Shown one piece after another: positions 38,673-51,434 of a stretch of 64,000 bases of DNA. The stretch is from Utricularia gibba (Eukaryota > Plantae > Magnoliophyta): the NCBI GenBank assembly GCA_002189035.1, contig NEEC01000017.1:186001-250000 (forward strand), given 5' to 3'. Numbering within the stretch: position 1 is the stretch's first letter; every line of letters starts with the position of its first letter. The translations under genes and the position numbers were made by a program. The notes under the pieces are model-generated. The model had not been told where the DNA came from. It saw only the letters and a program-made list of their open reading frames with translations, and searched no databases.

Positions 38673-41600
38673 ATGTTTACTGAAGGGCTGGACGAGAGTG
38701 CCATTAACTGGGTAAAGAAGGTTAGGTTTGCTTGTTTGGGCATCTCTTCTTTAACAAATTGCAGCAGTGATTTGGTCCTTATCTTGATCTTTATGCGTGC
38801 TTCGATAAAGTTTGTTCTTCACCTTGAAGATATGGCCAATCTGTTTTTGCAGGGATCAGAAACGGAACAACGTCAAACAAGATCAACATTCGTAGAGAAG
38901 CTATCTGCCGATTACCCTGCTGCTAGATCCCCGTTACCGTGCAGTTCTAATCCGCGAATTCCTCCCCATGTTCTTCCCCCATTGAAATTTCACTCCAGTT
39001 TCCTGAAGCCGCTTAGCGTTGTGAGTCTAAGTGTGGAAAGTGATGGGGAGTCATCAGATTATTGCAATGATAATGCTGATGACACCGAGAGCGTGGGCTC
39101 CGTTCCAGTTGAAACTCGGCGTAGCCAATCGGATGAAGATACTTTCAGGAGATTCATGACTAGGGGTATTGAAGAAGAGATGCCGAGTGTTGACGCAAGC
39201 AAGAGATTCACCGATACGCCCCAGAAATTTACCATAAACAGAGGAGTGTTGAACGAGGATCTAAAAGTTGGTGTCCCAAGCTTCCAATTGCATGAAATTA
39301 CCCAGCCCCCAGTGCGTATGTAAGTATTTGTCTTGTAGAAGTACAATTGAATCACTTCAAGTGTTAAATAAAGCTTTGCCGTAAAGTTGGGAACTTTGGT
39401 CGCAGGGTACTCCTGTTGGCGTCTTGGCTGAAGCTTGGAGCATGGGTAATCCCAGTGCACCTCCCTTCGTTGATAATGGAATGTTTCCAGATATCAATGT
39501 CGAGGAGAGTTGTGATAGACTGAGCAGAATACCCGAGCATGCTCACTCGGCTGAGAAAGCAGACAACATCAGAATTTCTACGGGGAGTGAAACCGGTGCG
39601 ACGGGGAGGTAATGGTTATTGTTAGGAAAGAAGGTGTGAAAGAAACAGTTCTGTTGGCTGAAAGGATTTTAAGAGTGATATAAACTGAAAGTGGACACAA
39701 ATACTTGAAGGAGATTTTACACTAGAATTCTTGATATCCTTTGCTTTTTTTGCCTGTTCTGCGTTGTGTTCTCTATTGTTGTCCTTCCCTTGAATTCTTC
39801 CTTTTGTTTTTCAGGAACGAAGAAGAAGCTTCTGGAAATAGAGAATTGCCTGCATCTCTGGGATGCGAAAACTCAGTAAACAACATACCTCATTACTCCG
39901 CAAGGTTTATACACGCCTATGGAGACTGAATTTCACTAAAAGAGGCGGTCGCTTCACACGAATTCTCTCTTTGTCTTTTAACTCTTGTTGTGCATCTACA
40001 GTGGTCCGCATGCTTGGCAAGCACTTGTTGCATATGATGCCTGTGTCCGCTTATGCCTGAATTCATGGGCCAGAGGTTGTACAGAAGCACCGGAGTTCTT
40101 GCGTGATGAGTGCCTGCTCCTTCGTCATGCTTTTGGGTATCTGTGACATTTTAAAAATTCCTGAAAGTGGTCATAATTTAGTCACTGAGTGAGGACTCTT
40201 TATGTGTAGGCTACACGAGCTCTTGCTGCAGCCACGGGGTTTGAAACAAAAAGAAGCGCATAAAAACTCCAGTGAACAAGTCAGGTCACAAGTGAGGAGG
40301 GAAGTAGGGAAGATCCGTCTTGAAGGTTCAGTGAACTTGCCATATCTGCATTGAATATAATAGCGCCTGAATGTTTCATTCATTTTCTTGAGTCGCTTTG
40401 TAGTCAAGAAGCTTCGCATAATACCTAGAAGAAAATTAAAGAGCACAAGCTCAATGAGAAGTTTAATTTACCAAGTTGGCGCGGAATATGTTCGTCAAGT
40501 ATCCTCAGTTGTGAAACATCAAATAAATTCTTTCAAGCTCAGTTCCTTTTCATGTCCAACGGAAGGTGTGTATTTTTTTTTTTTTTTTTTTTTGTGGACT
40601 GTCGACCTTCAGGGGCCTTAGAAAAGTTTCTCACTGGATTTCATGTTGTTTCCAGATTCACTACAGTGCATGATTTCTTTGAAGAGTTTAGCCATTGATA
40701 ATGAAGTTGATCCAAGTTCATTCATCATACTACATCCTGGATCCGGTGAATATCATGACTTGTAAGTTTTACTGTTTCATATTCTAGTTAATGTTAAGTT
40801 GATTCCGAATTTGCTCATGATTACATTATTGGACGCCTGGTTGCCACTATTTGCATTATTGGATGTTTACTTGTTAGTCATTTTGTAACAATCGTAGTCA
40901 TCCCGAGAGCCAAGGAGATGCACTTTTACTGCAAGTCCAGGATTCAGTTAAAAATGTTCATGGGGTTGCTACAATTCCAGTTTCTTCTCTAATTGAAAGC
41001 CAAGTTAGTGTTTATTCTATTGTATGAATTTTGTGTTCATGATGCATTTTTGTTCATTTGAAACCAACATCTACTCAACTCTGCAGAATGACAGAGTTCG
41101 GTGGTGGCCGATCTATCGTGATGAGGATGAATGTGTAGGGAAGCTCTTGCTGTCTGTAGGAAGCACATTTACAAACGATGAGATTATAACCGTGAAGGTC
41201 TATCCATAAGCGCGCACCAATAGTTTCACTTATTTACTTTTCAACGTTTTTTGGTTTGCAGCTGCCACTTTTACCACCAGTTACTTAGCCATAAACAGTT
41301 TCTCTCGTGTACAAGTGATGTATAAATTCAATGAGTTCCAGCAAGAACTTTGATGTTATTTTAAAACTATGGTTTATCTCTTGTGTGGCACAGAATGGAA
41401 CTATAGTGGAGACCCTAGCATATGATTTGTTGACGGAAGCTGCCATGAGGGCACAGCATTTTAATGCAAGAAATTTGCATATTGTCGGTCCGTGGAAATG
41501 GCTTATGACGGAATTTGCTGATTATTATGAAGTTTCAGACTGTTATACTAAATTAAGGTGTCCATCTGCATGACTTCGATTTTCATGGCTTTGAAGTTGA

Positions 41601-44222
41601 TGATTGTATTAATGTATTGAACACTGGATCTTACTACAGGTACCTCTCCTACATCTTGAACGTTGCTACACCAACAAAGGATTGCCTAGAGCTTGTGCAC
41701 GAGTTTCTTGTCCCTGTCTTGAAGTCTAGAAACCAGAAACAGTTAACAAGACAAGAGGTTTGTCAACTGTCAAATATGTTTTTTTGGAACCTCAGGTTCT
41801 AGTATTTGTTATCTTAACAACTGCAAAGTTTTCATTTACAGAAAAGTATTTTTCTGGAATGCGAGATACAAGTTGAAAGGCTTCTTGTGGAGGTGTTTCA
41901 GAATTATAAATGTCTTGATGAATCATCAAATACCGGCCTAGCTGATATGTCTAGACTTGTATCTGAAAATGTGGCGCCAGCTCTTGCGTCTGCTGTGCAA
42001 CTGTACACTCTTCTACATGATATACTAGCACAAGATGCCCAGACCTTGCTGAGAAGTTATCTTCAGGTAAATATTTTTAAATTTTTCGCTATCTCTGCAG
42101 CTTTGCCATAAGAAACGTTACATCATATGGTTCCTTTTTAGACTGCAGCAATGAAGAGGTGCCGCTTTCACATGCTTGAAACAGACGAGCTTGTTGCAAG
42201 CAACTCTGATGTTTGCATCATGGATTCAGAAGCAATCTCCAAAGCCTACATGAAAATGAAGAATCTCTGCATCAGCTTGAGAAAGGAGATAGATATTGAC
42301 ATCAAGATCCACAACAAGCATATTTTTCCCAGGTACATTTTAGTTTTATATGTAAAAAAAATTACCTGTTTTTCATTCTAATGATGGGCTTTTTTTTTTT
42401 TTTCTCTTGTGCTTTCAGCTCAATAGACTTGTCAACCATAACCTCAGATGTATACAGCAGTGAACTGCGAAAAAGGCTAATAAATTTCCTTTCTGTGTGG
42501 CCTCCATCAAGTCCCATGCCACATGTGAATGAACTTCTAATAGCAATGGCTGATTTTGAGAGGAGTTTGAAGCTTTGGAATATCAGGTGAGCCATGCTTC
42601 AAGGCCTGTGTTGTATTTCCATGCTAACTCTGAAAGTTCAGTTCTTGGACTTTATTCTGAGTTATTTGTGTTCTCATACTTCAGTCCTCCCCAAGGCGGC
42701 ATCAATGCCAGAGATACTTTCCATGGTTATATCATGGTCTGGATACAAGACATTCAGCTAACTGTCCTTGAATTGTGCAAAGCCGAAAAGGTAGCTTCTG
42801 CTCTATTAAAGCAATCTGCAGAAATCATGGCTGTCACAACCGCTCAGGGGTGAAGAAATTTCATCTTGCAGGTACCTTGGTCAGGGGTTGTCACAAAATA
42901 CTCAACCTCTCCCTTCGCTGAGGACATATTTGAAAGGCTGACGAGAATGTTAAATGAATATGAGGTGGTTATCAGCCTCTGGCCGGAATACACATTGATT
43001 TTGGAGAATGTGAGTATTTCCTCAGTAGAGTTAGTGCCAACGGTTCAGTTTCTTGAATGTTTTTAAAATCAATCTTGCTTTGGGGAACTCAAGGCTGCGG
43101 CAAACATGGAAAGAGCAATTATTAAGGCATTGGAACGGCAATATCATGACATACTCGAGCCTCTCAGAGACAGCATACAAAAAAAAATTGGCAAGCAGGT
43201 TCAGAAGTTGGCAAGAAGGCAGTCAACAAGCCAGTATTCCATACAAAACCAGGTTTGGTTGCATTTGGCGCTGTTGAATAACAGTTATAAGTATTCATCA
43301 ACCACGGCTGACTTTTTATGCTTCCTTTCTCTCTATTATTGGCAGCTGGGGATTTTTCTGAACACAATGAAGAGAATTCTCGACGTTCTTCATTGTAGGA
43401 TTGAGGAGAAACTCAAATCCTGGGCAACATACATGCCAAAAAACGAAGAAAATAAATCTACCTTTGGGGAACAAATGAATGCTGTGACCGTCCTCTTGCG
43501 GACCAAGTACAAGAACTACATTCAAGCGATCGTGGTCAAGCTTTCTAGCAATGTACTGAATACTCAATTCACCAAGTCCTTCCTGCCCTGGATACAGCGT
43601 ATTTGATTTATGCATTTGTGTTCATCTTCAGTTGCAATCGAACCGGAACACTCGCTTGCAGAGACTCTTGGAGGACACCAATGAAGCGGATGGAGAACCA
43701 CAGATTCGGGAAAGAATGCAGCTGCTGAGCACACAGTTGGGTGACTACATATCCAGCTTGCACGAAAAATTCGCCAGCCAAATATTTGTTGCGATCTGTC
43801 GTGCCTTTTGGGACAAAATGGGACAGGTAAACTCAAAGCAGCTTATCTTAACTTCAGATCTCTTCATGCTTCTTCTGACATGCTTTCCTTTGATCAGATC
43901 GTACTCAGATTTCTGGAGGGGAGAAAGGAGAACAGGATTTGGTACACTGGATCCTACCATGCCCTTGGAGTAAAACTCTTAGTCCAATCCCTTTTCCTAC
44001 TCCGAAACCGAACACAGGATAACTGATGCTGATGATATAAAGATGTATGTATGCTGATGTTTTCAGGTTCTGGACGATATATTTGCCTCGCAGATGCAGA
44101 GATTGTTGGGAAACGCATTGCAGGAGAAGGAGCTGGAGCCCCCAAGGTCCATAACCGAAGCTCGGTCCATTCTTTCAAGAGATAATACAAACACCAACGA
44201 GGCATCCTACGTACGCTTCTAG
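38673..44222 (+). CDS. Uncharacterised plant protein of the At5g48310/At4g24610 family (many exons)
   Basis: Family start MFTEGLDESAINWV; WQALVAYDACVRLCLNSWARGCTEAPEFL; YDLLTEAAMRAQHF; WKWLMTEFADYYEVS; LGIFLNTMKRILDVLH; end LQEKELEPPRSITEARSIL...RF*. Confidence 0.88.
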
Positions 44223-45941
44223 CCTTTCATGGAACCCATACATCTCCCAGATCTCTCTCTTTGCCACCAAGGGAACGGAGGAGCTTCTACGTCTGTGGTT
44301 GAAATAAAACAATGGTGGCATGTGATAAATATTTTCAGGTGACATGCAAAAATCCATACCCCACACGTGCGTCATGTAACAGTATTTTTTGGATTATAGT
44401 AAAAAAAAAAAGGGAAAAAGTTTTTTATATGATATTTAGTTAATAAAATTAAATAATATTTAAATAAACTTTTTTTCATAATTTTTTTTACGAAAATTCT
44501 CTCAATTTCATGTTTATTTAAATTCATTAATCAAAGGCAGTATACTTTATTATCTTCATGTTAAGTCTATTCAATTTCATTAAAGAAATACTCCGCATTA
44601 AAAGGGATAGTGTGAGTTGTGGCTTATTGATATTTATGGAGTTTGAGGCTTATTTACTTCATATGATTAATTTCATTAATTTATTAATTCATATTTCATA
44701 ACCCATTTCAAAGCTTGTTTAGTTTGAATTATTTAACCGGACGTGTTGGTTATTTGAATATTAAAAATTATTTTTAAATATTAATTCATATTTCGTTTGT
44801 GTTTTTTTATTAAAAACTAAATAAAAATTTATATAAATGCATATAACTTCATCAAGATAATTTTCTAATAATTTATTATATATTATTCTTTGGAAATTAA
44901 TTATACACTAATTTCCTAAAATGTCATACAAAAAATATATAAATTAATGAAATCTTACGTGATATTTAATGAATAACAACTGATGGTATGTAAATACAAT
45001 GGGGATTGGGGATGGCTTCATTGGAGAATGTAATCTTGTTAACATATATAGAAAATATTTTAAATAATCTTTTACGAGATTAAATAGGAAGCCATACCCA
45101 TAAAAGTAAATAATTATGGGTATTAAGTAATATAATTTAAATAATATTATTTTAAAATTAGAAAGTGTTATGAGTCATGAAGTATGAATGAGAATTCATT
45201 AAGAATACTCACACCCACCTTATCCCACTACGAATTACGAATTTTAAACCATCAACTTTTATAAATCCTTAATCCATAAAAAAATTCCTACCTTTGCAGG
45301 TTGGGCAAGATTGAGAACATCTATCGGGTTGGATTTTCTTTTTTATAACAACTAAAATGTAGGATTCTATCAATAATATTAATAATAAATTTTACTTTCT
45401 TGATAATTTGCGTTACTAATAATTATAATAATAATTATGTTAGTGCAATTAGGTATATTTTTTACAAGTTTACTGAAATTTTGTATTTAATTTTTTTTAA
45501 AAATATAAGTAATTATTAATTAATGATGAAATACATTTTTGTAATAATAATAATAATAATAATAATGAGCTATATAATTTTTTAATGTATTCAAGACAGT
45601 AGTTAAAAAAAGGATGATCAATTAGAAAATTATCCTTCATTTTAGTATAAATTATTATAATACCTTACTTTTGAGTTAATATTATAAAATACCTGCATTT
45701 TTAGGATTAATTAGAAATGCAGTCATTATCAAAAAAATATTTTAGAAAATTAGGTAATTATGTATATTATGTGAGAAAATTAGATTTTTTTTTATTTTTA
45801 ATTTAATTTTATTGAATTAGTTTTATTTTAATTGTATTTATTAAATGTATTTAGAATAGACTTGGACACCGATTGTGACTCGATGGGTTGATACCTTCTG
45901 ACCCCCAACTCATATCGTATTAGATTTGACTCATTACTTGT

Positions 45942-48165
45942 TGATAAGTAATTTTATGTTATTTATATTTGTGTTTTTTAGGAGTTATTTAGGTTGATTT
46001 TGTATTCTTTTATTTCACTTTCTTTATTTTTTAGATTTTTTATATTACTTTGATCTTTCTAAAGAGAAATTGTGTTTTATGAATTTTCAAGATGCTTGTG
46101 GCCTAATTTAGAGGAAATTCGAGGTGACCTTAGTGGAGATAAAGATTTGATCTATTTGAATAAATACTCGATCAAAAATTTTAGGATAAGATAAAATGCA
46201 AATCTTATCTTAAAAGATTTAGATATTGTCTTAAAAGATTTACATCTCATCTTAGAAGATTCAAATAGAAGATTTGATATGAACCTATTAAGATAACCCG
46301 ACAAATTCCTATCATTATATAAAGATTAGAGCCCGAAGTCCGGAGGATGGGAGTGAGTTTAGGTCTAGAGTTGAGTTCAGCATGTTTGAGATTCTTTTAT
46401 TTTCATTTTTCATCAACTTTTTTTTGTTTAGAGTCGAGCATGCAGATGTGAGCACTTGCAGTTAAGAATCTACAATAAAGCCTTACTTACATAAGTTCTG
46501 CACGTGTAACCGTCTTACGATATTCTTCAGTATTTAATTTGAAGTTTAATTTTATTTTTCGCAATGTTTTCTTTACCAATATACTTTTTAGTAGCATATA
46601 ATCCTAAAGAAGTATGAGAATATAAAAAATTAGTCTCAATTACCTAATGAGAAGAGTTCAATCAAATATTATTGATAAGATATATTCTGTTTAATCTATC
46701 CATGAGGTGTGATGTGTAGAAGTTAGTTTTGAGTATGATGAAAACATAAGTTATTCCAAGAGGTGAAATGACTCTGATGATATGGTTAATTTCATAATCT
46801 CACTAAACGAGGGTCGGGTGTTATAACGGTCACCGAGTAGTATTATTTTAAAATAACATTATTAGAACGAGTGGGTCAATCATATGAGTTTACACACACA
46901 AATTTGGATGAGTTTTGAGTAAGGTGGATCCTAGATCTGAAGCCATTTTTTTTATAAGTTTAAAATTAATTTTTCATTTTGTTTTCGATCTTTTTGAGTC
47001 TTTATTTGAAAAGAAAAATTTCAGTAACAATTCTTCTTAAATATAATATTATTTTATTACTTCAATGGTTTTTGTACACTTATATAATTACCATCAGGTT
47101 TTTAGCGTTGTTACTTCAATTCTTTTTTGATTTCGTTTTTGATTATTTCTTATTTTTCTGTTATTTTTGAGACATTCTATTTAGCATACTTGCACAAGTA
47201 GTAGTTGCTTTTAATTAGTGTTGCATGTGCATGCACAAGGCTTCAATCGAGCTTTATCCGCTTGACCTGGAAATTGATTGTACTTGTTGGAGAATTAGGT
47301 TGGAAAATCATCAAGCGCAAGCGCATCATAGGGAAAACATGTCTAGGAGGCATTTTAGGTATGAGGAGAACTATTTGGTAACATTTGAACCAGATACAGG
47401 AACAAATGCCAAGACATCAATCGAACAAGGCAACTGGATCAGCCTTACTGACAAATGAAAGAATAAACATAGGCAGGTCTTCTGCCAATCATGAAAGTGC
47501 AGGGGCATATCGAAGACGTAGTGATGGATCTGATCAAGAGCCTGGACAGAACGAACAACAGCAAGGTTGAGATGAAATCAAGGTGTGGGACTTTTCCAAG
47601 GACCCACAGGTGCATTATCAGACCCAAGATAAATTATCTAGGCGCTAGAACATGGTCTAGAAAGGCACAGGCGTGCAAGAGTGAATGAAAATAGTTTGCA
47701 ATTAGTGCTTACACAAGGGTGGCATGAGAACAAGGATTTTGAACTTCAACAACATGAAGAGCAGAAGAGCAACTCATGAACACCAAGGTGAAGGGTGAAT
47801 CCTCCTCCAAGATGGGAAGGAGAAGACAGTTGAGTATGGAGAAAACATGGATTATCACAAAAGGTGAAATAACTTTAGTGGCGGATTGATTCTATAATCC
47901 TATAAACAAGGGATGATGTTATAACGATTATTGGGTAGCATTATTTTAAAATAACACTCCCAAAACTTGCATAAGTAGGTCAGTTCTCAAGGTTTACACG
48001 TATAAGTTTGGACGAGTTTTGAGAAAGGTGGATTCTAGATATGAAGTCACTTTTCTTTATAGTTTTAAATCAATCTTTCACTTTGTGTTCGGTTTTTTTG
48101 AATTTTTGTTTGAAAAAAAAATTTCAATAACAATTCACTATAAATACGATTTTATTTTATTACTT
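45942..48165 (+). mobile_element. Athila-like Ty3/gypsy remnant (5' LTR, degenerate PBS, gag start, truncated second LTR)
   Basis: TGATAAG start; ...CCATCA (47096) followed by GGTTTTTAGCGTTGTT, resembling the Athila PBS; gag-like LYPLDLEIDCTCWRIR; direct repeat at ~46815-47050 and ~47915-48140. Confidence 0.6.
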
Positions 48166-48473
48166 CGAGAAGTAGACACCATGGCATAGAAGTCCTCTGA
48201 TCCACTTGGAGCATATGAATCCATCTCTGTTCTAGTGCTTGAGCCATCAAACTCAATCTCAAATAAATCATATAAATGATTCAAAGTACTAATAGCTAAA
48301 TCATACATAAGCAAAGCATTAGGCTCAATATTCGGAAGTGTAAAAGAAATAACATAATCACAATATCTTTTTAAATTTGCTTGCAAACCGGAAACCTTCA
48401 CCTTCGGATTAAGAATGCTAGACACAAGAAATAAAATATGAATATTTTGAAAATATTTTTCAAATTTTGTCAA
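48138..48473 (-). pseudogene. hAT transposase fragment (DUF4413-like region)
   Basis: MTKFEKYFQNIHILFLVSSILNPKVK resembles the hAT motif MxxKFDKYW...AxILDPRxK. Confidence 0.6.
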
Positions 48474-48659
48474 CCTTCTGTAAAAAATTCTGGATTAAGA
48501 CATTTTTGAAAAGCTATAGAGATACTAACTAAAATAGGTAACACTAAATTAGTAGGATAGTATGATCTACTAAGCGAATATGTAAATTTTCAAAGGTAGA
48601 TTACAAATCACATAAACAATCAAGTTTAGTAAAAATCATAGAATCTAACTCAATCATAG

Positions 48660-48798
48660 GATCAACATGCATCGATATAAAAGATGGAATAATATCAAGT
48701 TTAGTGACATCCTTTTTCATGCCTTTCTAATAAAAATAGGACTTTAATTGATAGTAGGTAGTATTCTGCATGCTGTAACTTTCTGCTCTAAACCTTAA
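48660..48798 (-). pseudogene. Ty3/gypsy integrase zinc-binding (H2C2) fragment
   Basis: QNTTYYQLKSYFY*KGMKKDV matches TYxRLKxxFYWxGMKKDV. Confidence 0.7.
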
Positions 48799-48924
48799 GG
48801 CCTCGTTTGTTAGGCGGGTTTAGCCCTCTAAACCCTTAGGTAAAAAGTATTGTATGTGTTTGTTGGGGTGGTTTAGTAAAACACTAGGGTTTGTATTATC
48901 CTGAATTAAATCTGCAACCACTGG

Positions 48925-49590
48925 TAAAATTTTGGTCTCAGTGTCTACAAGACACCCCTTCTAGGCATTGCAAAAGGTTGCTCTCAGTGTCTAGGAGACA
49001 TGCGTCCCAGGCACTACAGAATGCCGCTCTCGGTGTCTGGAAGACACGTTATTTTAATATTTTTATCAGTATTCGATCCTTAGGTATGATTCAGATCGAA
49101 TGTATATTTTTAATTTAAAATTTTTATTGGCATTCGATCCTAGGTATACTTTGGATCGAGTTGATATTCATCTATTTTAAATTTTCATTAGCATTCGACC
49201 CTTAGGAGCAATTTAGATTGTGTATATATGACAACCCACAAGTGCGTGGTTTATGCACAACCCACGTCCGTGTGTCCTTGTCATGTATACACAATCCAAA
49301 TTGCTCTTAAGAGTTGAGCGTGAATATAAATTTAAAATAAATAAATATCCACTCGATTCGAAAATATACCTAAAAAACGAATGCTAATTAAAATATTAAA
49401 ATTAAAAATATACGCTCAATCCGAATCATACCTAAGGATCGAATGTTGATAAAAATATTAAAATAACGTGTCTTCCAGACACCGAGAGCAGCATTCTGTA
49501 GTGCTTGGGATGCATGTCTCCCAGACACTGAGAGCAGCCTTTTGCAGTGCCTAGAAGGGGTGTCTTGTAGACATCGAGACCAAAATTTAA
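48925..49590. repeat. ~660-bp near-complete fold-back palindrome centred at ~49255
   Basis: AAATTTTGGTCTCAGTGTCTACAAGACACCCC... is mirrored by ...GGGGTGTCTTGTAGACATCGAGACCAAAATTT; centre GTGGTTTATGCACAACCCAC. Confidence 0.9.
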
Positions 49591-49664
49591 GATTATAAAT
49601 TATAGAATGTTTACTATATGGGTTTAAATTAGTTCGAGATTACATAAGATTTTTTTAATCTTAT

Positions 49665-51007
49665 TGATGCGTGTCGTTTCCACAATAAATTTTAATACTT
49701 TTAAAACTCGTAAAACACAAGCGTAGTACGGGTGTTGAACATAGGGAGTTGTTTTTGAGTGAAAGGTGAGGCACCCCGAATACAACTGTCACGATTTGTA
49801 AACGGTTTTGATGGTAAAAGGTGCGAGAAACGTTGATGATGAAACTTGAGTAAGGAAATGAGAGGGTTTTTGAGCAAACAACTAAAATGAACGTAAGCGA
49901 TGAACCTTAAATAAAGTAAATGTTCCTGGGTTTGGAATCCTATCTAGCTATGTTCGTTGCGTCTTCACTCTTCTCTGGTCCTCTTGAGTACTCGGTTATA
50001 GGAGCAAGGAATTGACTACCCTCCCTTAAACTCTCTTGCAAGAAGGCACGGGAATAGCCCGATGTTGCTCCTCCTTGGACGAACATGAGAATAAGAGGTC
50101 TTGCCAGCGTACCCTTACGGCTGAATTGCACGCGTGTGCCCGAGTGTTGCCAATGACCCAATGAGTCCAGATACGAGGTCACTACCTGTCTATTGATCCT
50201 GAGGTACGACCACATACAAAATGTTGTCTTCCTCCTGCCAAAAGGGCTTGAGTTGGTGCTTTCCACCTTGCTCCTCTCCAAAATCCGCGGGTAGTGATCA
50301 ACTAACCATGAACCTTAAATAAAGGGACTGTTGCAGAAAGACTGCAACATAGTCGCGCGAAGACATACGAAACCCGTTCGGATTCAGAGAAAATGTGAAG
50401 ATAAGCTAACGATACATAGATCTGGGGGTGTTCCAACCCAGAAACGTAAGTTTCTAGCCGCGAACGGCCATCAAACTAAAGAAAACGAAACAAAGTTCTA
50501 GAGAGAAGCTAGAGGAAAATTCCTCTAGAGAGAGAAACAAAAGGGAAAACTAAACTAACTACTCCCTCTTTCGTCTGAACAGAACTCCCACTTCAATGAG
50601 GGTCTGAGATTTCGTGTCCTTGTGATTCTGCTGAACTTGGGATGACTTGCAAGCAACGTCTGACACTGGTACGCTAATGATGTCGCCTGTCAGAGACTCC
50701 CGTGTTCCGCACGTCAAGGCTCATGATTAAGCGTCTGCAGTCTTCCGAAAATCAAGGAATGTCAGCTCGGGAAGATCTAATTTGTCGCCATCTGATACCC
50801 TCTTTCTCTCACTTCCTACCACGTGTGCACCTCTAGAAAAACTCAATTAAAATTAATAAAATTATTACATAAAATTCAAGATTTAAGATAATTACCCTAA
50901 ACTAGATAAAAACTTAAATTTCATATTATAGATCCCTAATTAGACACTTCTAATCACAATTAAACATAAAAACAACTTAAGAAATAGTAAGAAAATGACA
51001 CTTAACA
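49665..51007 (-). mobile_element. Athila-like solo LTR inserted in Harbinger copy 2
   Basis: 1343-bp insertion absent from copy 1; TG...CA ends; flanks CTTAT/CATAT (5-bp TSD, one mismatch); minus strand starts TGTTAAGTGTCATTTT. Confidence 0.8.
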
Positions 51008-51434
51008 CATATATATATATGAATTTATTTAAAATCACCTACCTTTTTACCTTAATTAAGATCTATTTTAATTTTATTAACTAAATAATACCTAATTAAT
51101 TGATATATATCATATTTATTTAAATTCACTGCATAAAGCTGCTTTCAGTGTCTGGGAGACATGCATCCTAGGCACTGCAGAATGCCGCTCTCGGTGTTTG
51201 AAAGACAAGTTGTAGACACTGCAACCTTTGTTCGCGGTGCCTGGAGCAATCACTGGCAGGAATGAATATCGGGCCTCGCGTATCTGGGCCTCATAACAAA
51301 CCCTCCGGCCCAATCCTCACCTTCCTTCACCATGCACCTAATCGCCGCACACTACAAAGCACGGCACACCGTCCCCACCATAACTGCATGGTCCCTCCCT
51401 CATTTGCTTCCCTCTGATCTGTCTATCTCAAGAA

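Noticed and set aside
49940-50281. 113-aa ORF in the 1.3-kb insertion as a second cargo gene
   Set aside because: It lies within the solo LTR, is absent from copy 1 and has no recognisable domain.
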